DNA of 64,000 nucleotides from Escherichia coli (GTDB lineage Bacteria; Pseudomonadota; Gammaproteobacteria; Enterobacterales; Enterobacteriaceae): NCBI RefSeq assembly GCF_013315695.1, contig NZ_CP054353.1; one strand, 5' to 3'. Shown piece by piece: positions 39,743 to 47,824 of this stretch (position 1 is its first letter; each line of letters starts with the position of its first letter). The notes under the pieces were generated by a model. It saw only the letters and a program-made list of their open reading frames with translations, ran no database searches and was not told where the DNA came from. The position numbers and the translations under genes were made by a program.

Positions 39743-40963
39743 ATGGACGAAAAATCCCTCTATGCCCATATCCTTAACCTGACTGCACCATGGCAGGTTA
39801 AATCCCTTACCCTCGATGAAAATGCAGGTTCCGTTACTGTTACAGTCGGAATTGCTGAAAATACTCAGTTAACCTGTCCGACCTGCAGGAAATCCTGTTC
39901 TGTTCACGATCACCGACATCGTAAATGGCGCCACCTTGATACCTGCCAGTTCATGACATTAGTAGAAGCCGATGTTCCCCGCGTTATGTGCCCGGAGCAT
40001 GGCTGCCAGACTCTGCCTGTACCGTGGGCAGGTTCCGGCAGTCGGTACACTCTGCTGTTCGAATCGTTCGTGCTCTCATGGCTTAAAATCAGCACCGTTG
40101 ATGCGGTCAGAAAACAACTTAAACTTAGCTGGAATGCCGTTGACGGCATCATGACCCGCGCGGTTAAGCGAGGCCTGTCGCGGATTAAAAAGCCTTTATC
40201 AGTGCGTCATATGAATGTAGACGAAGTCGCCTTTAAAAAAGGGCATAGGTATATAACCGTGGTATCTGATCGCGACGGGCGGGCACTGGCATTAACCGAT
40301 GATCGTGGCACAGAGAGTCTTGCCAGCTATCTCCGTTCGCTTACTGACAGTCAGTTGTTGGCCATCAAAACACTGTCGATGGACATGAATGCGGGCTATA
40401 TAAGAGCAGCGCGTATCCATTTACCCAATGCGGTCGAGAAAATCGCCTTCGATCGCTTCCATGTGGCGAAGCAACTGGGCGAAGTGGTTGATAAAACCCG
40501 CCAGAATGAACATCCGCACCTCCCTGTTGAAAGTCGTCGTCAGGCCAAAGGTACCCGCTTCCTGTGGCAGTACAGCGACAAATGGATGACTGAGTCCCGG
40601 CAGGAAAAGCTGATGTGGTTGCGGGAACAGATGCAACAGACAAGCCAGTGCTGGACACTGAAAGAGCTGGCAAAAAATATCTGGGATCGCCCCTGGAGCA
40701 CAGAACGCAGGAATGACTGGTTGCAGTGGATATCGCTGGCGTCTGAATGTGATGTGCCGATGATGAAAAACGCAGCGAAAACCATTAAAAAACGGTTATA
40801 CGGAATACTGAATGCAATGCGTCATCGCGTCTCGAATGGAAATGCGGAGGCGCTGAACAGCAAGATCAGACTGCTGAGGATAAAGGCCAGGGGATACCGA
40901 AACCGGGAACGCTTTAAACTGGGAGTTATGTTCCACTATGGGAAACTGAATATGGCGTACTGA
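39743..40963 (+). CDS. ISL3-family transposase
   Basis: 406 aa. N-terminal zinc-finger-like CPTC...CPEHGC, then a DDE_Tnp_ISL3-like body. Starts 18 bp after the passenger gene. Confidence 0.9.
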   Translation: MDEKSLYAHILNLTAPWQVKSLTLDENAGSVTVTVGIAENTQLTCPTCRKSCSVHDHRHRKWRHLDTCQFMTLVEADVPRVMCPEHGCQTLPVPWAGSGSRYTLLFESFVLSWLKISTVDAVRKQLKLSWNAVDGIMTRAVKRGLSRIKKPLSVRHMNVDEVAFKKGHRYITVVSDRDGRALALTDDRGTESLASYLRSLTDSQLLAIKTLSMDMNAGYIRAARIHLPNAVEKIAFDRFHVAKQLGEVVDKTRQNEHPHLPVESRRQAKGTRFLWQYSDKWMTESRQEKLMWLREQMQQTSQCWTLKELAKNIWDRPWSTERRNDWLQWISLASECDVPMMKNAAKTIKKRLYGILNAMRHRVSNGNAEALNSKIRLLRIKARGYRNRERFKLGVMFHYGKLNMAY

Positions 40964-40991
40964 GTCTTCCCACCATGATCGGGGAAGACCC

Positions 40992-40999
40992 ATATAAAA
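40992..40999. repeat. Target-site duplication, right copy (ATATAAAA)
   Basis: Identical to 39099..39106 and immediately outside the right inverted repeat. Confidence 0.9.
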
Positions 41000-41005
41000 A
41001 CAGTA
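40992..41005 (+). promoter_or_regulatory. Right part of the split LexA box (ATATAAAAACAGTA)
   Basis: CAG half-site retained 15 bp upstream of the sbmC ATG. The CTG partner position is ACC of the IS end. Confidence 0.75.
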
Positions 41006-41019
41006 TTAATGGGGGCGTC

Positions 41020-41493
41020 ATGAACTACGAGATTAAGCAGGAAGATAAACGTACCGTTGCAGGTTTCCATCTCGTTGGCCCGTGGGAACAGACGGTAAAG
41101 AAAGGCTTTGAGCAGTTGATGATGTGGATAGATAGCAAAAATATTGTGCCGAAGGAGTGGGTTGCTGTCTATTACGACAATCCAGATGAAACACCCGCCG
41201 AAAAATTACGCTGCGACACCGTCGTGACGGTGCCGAATAACTTTACGCTCCCCGAAAACAGTGAGGGCGTCATTCTGACAGAAATTTCAGGTGGTCAGTA
41301 TGCGGTGGCGGTGGCTCGTGTAGTCGGTGATGATTTTGCTAAACCCTGGTATCAGTTCTTTAATAGCCTCTTGCAGGACAGTGCCTATGAAATGTTACCA
41401 AAGCCCTGCTTCGAGGTTTACTTGAACAATGGCGCGGAAGATGGGTACTGGGATATCGAAATGTATGTTGCGGTGCAGCCAAAACATCACTAA
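41020..41493 (+). CDS. sbmC: DNA gyrase inhibitor SbmC (GyrI)
   Basis: 157 aa from MNYEIKQE. The ORF-track start at 40975 lies inside the IS inverted repeat and is not credible. Confidence 0.93.
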   Translation: MNYEIKQEDKRTVAGFHLVGPWEQTVKKGFEQLMMWIDSKNIVPKEWVAVYYDNPDETPAEKLRCDTVVTVPNNFTLPENSEGVILTEISGGQYAVAVARVVGDDFAKPWYQFFNSLLQDSAYEMLPKPCFEVYLNNGAEDGYWDIEMYVAVQPKHH

Positions 41494-41690
41494 TTCATCT
41501 CAGGGCGGTGTGTTGACGCGAAGACCACTCTTTTTTTGAAAGCGAAAAGAGTAAGATGCGCCTTTCAAATTTTTCGCTCCTGCCGGGAAATTACACTGTT
41601 CCCGGTATGTCCGTCGGATAACTCAGAGGCGCGCCTTCTGGCCGACAGATGTGTTATGAGCGCTTTTAATCTTCATTACGGAGTTTCTGC

Positions 41691-42749
41691 GTGCGTGCCG
41701 ATAAGTCATTAAGCCCGTTTGAAATCCGGGTATACCGCCATTACCGCATTGTGCATGGTACTCGGGTCGCGCTGGCATTCCTGCTCACTTTTCTCATTAT
41801 CCGCCTGTTTACTATCCCGGAAAGCACCTGGCCGCTGGTCACCATGGTGGTGATTATGGGGCCAATCTCGTTCTGGGGGAACGTTGTCCCTCGTGCCTTC
41901 GAACGTATTGGCGGTACGGTGTTGGGTTCGATTTTAGGTCTTATCGCTCTGCAACTGGAGTTAATTTCGTTACCGCTGATGTTAGTCTGGTGCGCGGCGG
42001 CGATGTTTCTTTGCGGTTGGCTGGCGCTGGGCAAGAAACCGTATCAAGGATTATTGATTGGGGTGACGCTGGCAATTGTTGTGGGTTCCCCGACAGGTGA
42101 AATTGATACGGCGTTATGGCGAAGCGGCGATGTGATCCTCGGCTCTTTACTGGCAATGTTGTTTACCGGTATCTGGCCACAACGGGCGTTCATCCACTGG
42201 CGCATTCAACTGGCGAAAAGTCTGACCGAGTATAATCGGGTCTATCAATCTGCATTCTCACCGAACTTACTCGAACGCCCACGTCTGGAAAGCCATCTAC
42301 AAAAACTGCTGACCGATGCCGTGAAAATGCGTGGGCTGATTGCGCCCGCCAGCAAAGAAACCCGTATTCCCAAATCGATATATGAAGGTATCCAGACCAT
42401 TAATCGCAATCTGGTTTGTATGCTGGAGTTGCAAATCAATGCATACTGGGCCACGCGCCCCAGCCATTTCGTGTTATTGAACGCGCAAAAACTTCGTGAT
42501 ACCCAGCACATGATGCAGCAAATACTGCTGAGCCTTGTTCATGCGCTGTACGAAGGTAATCCGCAGCCGGTTTTTTCCAATACGGAAAAATTGAACGATG
42601 CTGTGGAAGAGCTGCGTCAGTTGCTCGATAACCACCATGACCTGAAAGTCGTGGAAACACCAATCTATGGTTATGTGTGGCTGAACATGGAAACGGCACA
42701 TCAGCTTGAGTTGCTATCGAATCTGATTTGCCGGGCCTTGCGCAAATAA
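41691..42749 (+). CDS. yeeA: FUSC-family inner membrane protein YeeA
   Basis: 352 aa, GTG start. N-terminal TM bundle plus soluble C-terminal domain. Confidence 0.9.
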   Translation: MRADKSLSPFEIRVYRHYRIVHGTRVALAFLLTFLIIRLFTIPESTWPLVTMVVIMGPISFWGNVVPRAFERIGGTVLGSILGLIALQLELISLPLMLVWCAAAMFLCGWLALGKKPYQGLLIGVTLAIVVGSPTGEIDTALWRSGDVILGSLLAMLFTGIWPQRAFIHWRIQLAKSLTEYNRVYQSAFSPNLLERPRLESHLQKLLTDAVKMRGLIAPASKETRIPKSIYEGIQTINRNLVCMLELQINAYWATRPSHFVLLNAQKLRDTQHMMQQILLSLVHALYEGNPQPVFSNTEKLNDAVEELRQLLDNHHDLKVVETPIYGYVWLNMETAHQLELLSNLICRALRK

Positions 42750-42920
42750 TTCCTGAACTTCAGAATCATCTTGCTGCTGCTTCGATTCAGCAAGGATAAA
42801 GGGTATGATAGTGAAAAGGGATAAAAGCATTGTCATCTGCGGCAGCTATGAGTAATGTTGGCCCTAACGAATAGCGGTTGCTTAAACGAATCCGACTCTC
42901 ACATTATCAGGGGTATAAAA

Positions 42921-43250
42921 ATGGAAACTACCAAGCCTTCATTCCAGGACGTACTGGAATTTGTTCGTCTGTTCCGTCGTAAGAACAAACTGCAACGTGA
43001 AATTCAGGACGTTGAGAAAAAGATCCGTGACAACCAGAAGCGCGTCCTGTTGCTGGACAACCTGAGCGATTACATCAAGCCAGGGATGAGCGTTGAAGCA
43101 ATCCAGGGCATCATCGCCAGCATGAAAGGTGACTATGAAGATCGCGTTGACGATTACATCATCAAAAATGCCGAGCTCTCCAAAGAACGCCGCGATATCT
43201 CCAAAAAGCTGAAAGCTATGGGCGAAATGAAAAACGGCGAAGCGAAGTAA
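42921..43250 (+). CDS. yeeX: UPF0265 protein YeeX
   Basis: 109 aa from [14 protein letters not shown]. Confidence 0.92.
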   Translation: METTKPSFQDVLEFVRLFRRKNKLQREIQDVEKKIRDNQKRVLLLDNLSDYIKPGMSVEAIQGIIASMKGDYEDRVDDYIIKNAELSKERRDISKKLKAMGEMKNGEAK

Positions 43251-43350
43251 TTCCCGTTTTATTCAATGAGGGTTGCCCGGCAACCCTCATTGCTCATTGA
43301 TTCTTATCTGTGTATCACCGTCATCATTCTCATCTGAGAACCAATCGAAA

Positions 43351-43575
43351 TTAACAACAGCCTTCTTCTGTATGCAGCAAGGCAAAAAGTTCTGTAACTC
43401 CATTGTTATTAACTGCACTGGTTACTAACACGTTGTGCGCTCCAGCTTCCCGTAACCAACTTTTCACCAAAGATATTTGTTCCATGCTGGCTAAATCTGC
43501 TTTGGTTACTACTCCAATGACCGGGTGATTCATGGCCCGGTAGGGCGTTTTTACCTCTAATTCCTGCTTCAGCGC
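43351..43575 (-). pseudogene. yoeF: EutP/PduV-family GTPase, C-terminal fragment (yoeF-like)
   Basis: Only the C-terminal part (VIGVVTKADLA..VLVTSAVNNNGVTELF) resembles EutP/PduV. No P-loop N-terminus. The rest of ORF 43351..43707 is antisense to an IS66 fragment. Confidence 0.55.
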
Positions 43576-43600
43576 TGAGATTCCTGCTTGTTGCCGGAAA

Positions 43601-43763
43601 AGCAGGCACCTGCCGTCTGAACGGTATCGATCCGGAAGCGTATCTGCGCCATATTCTGAGCATACTGCCGGAATGGCCCTCCAACCGTGTTGACGAACTC
43701 CTGCCATGGAACGTAGTTCTCACCAATAAATAAGCGTCAATACGGTGCTCCGTTGACGCTTAC
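43601..43763 (+). mobile_element. IS66-family right-end remnant (transposase C-terminus plus terminal IR)
   Basis: Frame reads ..GTCRLNGIDPEAYLRHILSILPEWPSNRVDELLPWNVVLTNK* (stop 43731..43733). Ends in ..CGTTGACGCTTAC, the complement of the GTAAGCG.. IS66 terminus. No upstream part present. Confidence 0.75.
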
Positions 43764-43782
43764 TTTAATCCGTTTTCTGAGC

Positions 43783-43863
43783 TTAGATTTTTCTGTTCCT
43801 ACCCAGACCGTGGATTTGGAATTCATTTTTTGTCAGGTCAATGCTAATCGTTAAAACGGCCAT
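43783..43863 (-). pseudogene. IS110-family transposase 5' fragment (26 codons)
   Basis: GGAGGTG RBS, then MAVLTISIDLTKNEFQIHG.. resembling IS110-family N-termini. Truncated where the IS66 end abuts. Confidence 0.35.
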
Positions 43864-43964
43864 AACGCACCTCCACTGGAAGGTTTATCAGTAATATCCT
43901 ACCGTTGCTTCATGGTCGGGGCGTCCATTCCATTATTATCGGTTTTCCTTTCTGTTTATAAATG

Positions 43965-43993
43965 AAAACGCCAGCTGTATTCAGGCTGGCGTC
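43965..43993 (-). terminator. Possible terminator downstream of yeeW
   Basis: Minus strand has ACGCCAGCC..GCTGGCGT stem followed by TTTTCATTT. Confidence 0.4.
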
Positions 43994-44147
43994 AGGGGAA
44001 ATGAAGCCTGTTGAGTGAGATTCACCGGTTCTGGTGCAGAAGCTGCAGATGGCGCAGGGTAAGGACATCTTCTCTTGCCTGCTTAATACAGGACAACAGT
44101 GCTGTTTCTGTGGTTAATGGCACTATACCCTGTATCACTGCATTGTC

Positions 44148-44342
44148 TTACAGCAACTGGTGAGGGCTGGCATAAGTTGCCGGTGTTTCGGTAGAGTCAC
44201 GGCCATCCACCACGCGGAGTGAATAACCGTTTTCAGCGGCCTTATTAATCAGTTCAGTGATATTAACACCATCAATGTCAACGACAATGTGCCCCATATC
44301 CAGCGCCTGTACGTTAACGCTGTCGGCTTCCAGTGTCATCAT
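44148..44342 (-). CDS. yeeW: YeeW/YkfH/YpjJ-family small prophage protein
   Basis: 64 aa, start overlaps the cbtA stop. Position downstream of cbtA is as in CP4-44. Confidence 0.8.
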   Translation of the reverse strand: MMTLEADSVNVQALDMGHIVVDIDGVNITELINKAAENGYSLRVVDGRDSTETPATYASPHQLL

Positions 44343-44713
44343 TTCGCCTCCGGATACTTACCCAGGGTAATGTTATTTACCGTTCTGTAATTGTCGCGGG
44401 TCATCAGGCCGGTCGCCCTGCGAGCCCGGAGGATATCGATGCTGTTTATTAACTGAGAGCGGGTACAGGCGCTGAATCCCGGCTGGTCGGTACGCACCAG
44501 CGCGTATTTTTCCACGAGAAAGTTCACCGCATCACACAGTGAAATGCCTGCCTCAATATGCTGCTCAATCACACGTTCATCGGCAAACGGTGTGTCATTC
44601 AGTGTGAGGCCGTAGTGCTGGTCCAGCAGTCGGGACAGCAGTATCTGCCAGATTTCAACAGGAGACGGGCGAGAACTGGCCGCCTGCCCGGGTAATACAG
44701 GTAATGTTTTCAT
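44339..44713 (-). CDS. cbtA: Cytoskeleton-binding toxin CbtA (YeeV)
   Basis: 124 aa, MKTLPVLPGQAASSRPSPVEIWQILLSRLLDQHYGLTLNDTPF.. Full length. Confidence 0.93.
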   Translation of the reverse strand: MKTLPVLPGQAASSRPSPVEIWQILLSRLLDQHYGLTLNDTPFADERVIEQHIEAGISLCDAVNFLVEKYALVRTDQPGFSACTRSQLINSIDILRARRATGLMTRDNYRTVNNITLGKYPEAK

Positions 44714-44801
44714 ACTGAAGATTTTCCTGATATGCAGATATAAAAATGGGAAAGTGGCGTGGTGAAAACACCAGGCCGTAGCAGAAGGCTATTCTGGAGA
44801 G

Positions 44802-45170
44802 TTAATTTTTCATTTCGGGCGTCGGATAAACAGCCAGATAAACGTAACCACAACTGCTGAGGGTATCGGCTTCACAGGCCAGCCCCTTCGCATACAGCGT
44901 GACGGTATGCTGAGTGCGGGGATTCAGTTCACCGCTGGTGAGCATGAGTTCCAGTTGTTTCATCAGCAGCGGAAAGGCCTGGTCCAGGGGGTACGCATCT
45001 GCATCGCTGGACAGGCCTCTGATACCGGCGCGGTCGGCAAGGTAATGCAACCGGTTACCCTCCTGCACCAGACGTGCCCCGAAACAGGGCGTCACGGTGC
45101 AGGGCAGCCCCCACTAGGGGCGGTCGTGATTGTCGTCGGGAAGTGTTGTCCCGGGGAGTGTGTCTGACAC
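44802..45170 (-). pseudogene. cbeA: Antitoxin CbeA (YeeU) with amber codon at position 19
   Basis: GTG 45170: MSDTLPGTTLPDDNHDRP, then TAG (45114..45116), then WGLPCTVTPCFGARLVQEG.. in the same frame. A 97-codon ORF remains from GTG 45095. Confidence 0.8.
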
Positions 45171-45243
45171 GATAAAATCCTTACAGAAAATCGGTTAAGA
45201 ATGGTCCGGTGGTGGCGATAATTCTGCTCATCAGAATTCCCAC

Positions 45244-45465
45244 TCAGTTCAGGGTGACGCTCATCAGTCGGACATACGGGCCAAAACTGTCCTTACGGCG
45301 TTCAGCAAACACGGCCAGCACACCGGGAATATCCTGCACTTCACGACCGGTATACGCTTCAGCACTGCCGTGCCAGCGGTATTTACCGGTACAGAACGGA
45401 AAAAGACGGGATGTCGGATGTTGTTGGTGAATACGCATGGCTTCACCACGGGTGATAATTTTCAT
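45244..45465 (-). CDS. yeeT: DUF987 protein YeeT
   Basis: 73 aa, MKIITRGEAMRIHQQHPTSRLFPFCTGKYRWHG. Confidence 0.88.
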   Translation of the reverse strand: MKIITRGEAMRIHQQHPTSRLFPFCTGKYRWHGSAEAYTGREVQDIPGVLAVFAERRKDSFGPYVRLMSVTLN

Positions 45466-45527
45466 AATGGGATACCTCTGAAGACAGAAGATAAAAGTGA
45501 AAACAGGTGTGATGTGGTTGTGACGGG

Positions 45528-46004
45528 TTAAAGCAGACCATGTTCGGCAAAGGAGAAAACCTGGCTGCCACCGACTATCAGATGGTCCGGCACCCGGATA
45601 TCCACCAGGCCCAGTGCCTGTACCAGACGTTCCGTGATAAGGCGGTCTGCCTTGCTGGGTGTGACTTCACCGGACGGGTGATTGTGTGCCAGCACCACGG
45701 CAGCGGCATTGTGGTACAGGGCGCGTTTAATCACTTCCCGGGGATGGACTTCCGTGCGGTTGATGGTGCCGGTGAAGAGGGTTTCACCGGCAATCAGCTG
45801 ATTCTGGTTATTCAGATACAGCACCCGGAATTCTTCACGCTCCAGTCCCGCCATGTTCAGAATCAGCCATTCCCGTGCCGCACGGGTGGAGGTGAAGGCC
45901 ACGCCGGGTTCATGAAGATGGCGGTCCAGGGTTTTCAGGGCCCGCTGAATGAGGCTGCGCTCGCCGGGCGTCATCTCTCCGGGCAGAAAGGAAAGCTGCT
46001 GCAT
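45528..46004 (-). CDS. yeeS: RadC-like JAB-domain protein YeeS
   Basis: 158 aa from MQQLSFLPGE. JAMM motif HNHPSGEVTPSKAD. Confidence 0.9.
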   Translation of the reverse strand: MQQLSFLPGEMTPGERSLIQRALKTLDRHLHEPGVAFTSTRAAREWLILNMAGLEREEFRVLYLNNQNQLIAGETLFTGTINRTEVHPREVIKRALYHNAAAVVLAHNHPSGEVTPSKADRLITERLVQALGLVDIRVPDHLIVGGSQVFSFAEHGLL

Positions 46005-46019
46005 TGTCCCTGCCTCCAT

Positions 46020-46484
46020 TCAGTCGATGATGCGCATAATGGCGCTGCATTCCGGATGCTGCAGGGCATAATCCCGCAGCCGGTAATAATGAACCGTCAT
46101 GGCATAATTCTCTGTACGACAGGCGTGATGGCTGTACGCCATCAGACAGGCGGCAATGCCGGCGGCTTCCGGGCTCATTTCAGCGCGGTTACCGTTCATG
46201 ACGTTAAACAGCACCCATGTTTCGTCATCATCGTCATCCGGTTCGGGTGCCATAAATGCGCCACCGTTGTTCAGGGTGTACAGATTCCAGATACCACCGC
46301 AGTAGTCTTCATACAGACGGTCCATCCAGCCGAAGACCCGGGGCTCCAGGGTCACCCACTGTGGAATGAGGCCAAAATGCTGCGGCCAGAAGCTGATGCG
46401 CTGTTCATCAGGGACTATGGTGGCAACCAGTTGTTGCAGGCCAGTCTCCGGTGCACAGGCCGAAGAGGTGGTGTTCTGAGACAA
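46020..46484 (-). CDS. Antirestriction protein (ArdB/KlcA, YfjX-like); N-terminus uncertain
   Basis: 154 codons ending ..YYRLRDYALQHPECSAIMRIID. The only start candidate is TTG 46484, 5 nt from the IS3-family end. Confidence 0.8.
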   Translation of the reverse strand: MSQNTTSSACAPETGLQQLVATIVPDEQRISFWPQHFGLIPQWVTLEPRVFGWMDRLYEDYCGGIWNLYTLNNGGAFMAPEPDDDDDETWVLFNVMNGNRAEMSPEAAGIAACLMAYSHHACRTENYAMTVHYYRLRDYALQHPECSAIMRIID

Positions 46485-46496
46485 TGTTTGTAGTGG

Positions 46497-47747
<1,251 letters not shown>

Positions 47748-47785
47748 GTTTCCTCTGACTCGTGTCAGTCGGTCTCTGGTTGTAT

Positions 47786-47824
47786 CCACGGACCGCACTC
47801 TTGACATAAGAGTGCGGTCCGTGG
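47786..47824. repeat. Perfect 17-bp-stem hairpin with 5-nt loop
   Basis: CCACGGACCGCACTCTT-GACAT-AAGAGTGCGGTCCGTGG. No U-tract on either strand. Confidence 0.9.

Larger units (their letters stand above)
39107..40991 (+). mobile_element. ISL3-family element carrying a passenger gene (1,885 bp)
   Basis: Left end GGGTCTTCCCCTGTTGTGGTGGG. Reverse complement of right end GGGTCTTCCCCGATCATGGTGGG. Flanked by an exact 8-bp direct repeat; contains an ISL3-type transposase. Confidence 0.88.

Noticed and set aside
40975-41019. N-terminal extension of sbmC in the ORF track (start at 40975)
   Set aside because: The extension begins inside the ISL3 right inverted repeat and crosses the target duplication. 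The known protein starts at MNYEIKQ (41020).
40965-41019. Hybrid outward promoter formed by the ISL3 right end driving sbmC
   Set aside because: The duplicated TATAAA could serve as a -10 element, but the hexamer 17 bp upstream is CCACCA with no -35 similarity. Not callable from sequence.
43576-43707. N-terminal part of the 118-aa yoeF-like ORF
   Set aside because: This part is the antisense strand of the IS66 transposase C-terminal fragment, not EutP/PduV sequence. Only the C-terminal fragment is called, as a pseudogene.
45540-46493. 317-aa plus-strand ORF
   Set aside because: Antisense to yeeS and the antirestriction gene. Gly/His/Gln-rich shadow frame with no RBS or family resemblance.
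47786-47824. The 17-bp hairpin read as a Rho-independent terminator
   Set aside because: No U-tract follows the stem on either strand (the plus strand continues AAAACGG, the minus strand ATACAACC). Kept as an unexplained structure instead.
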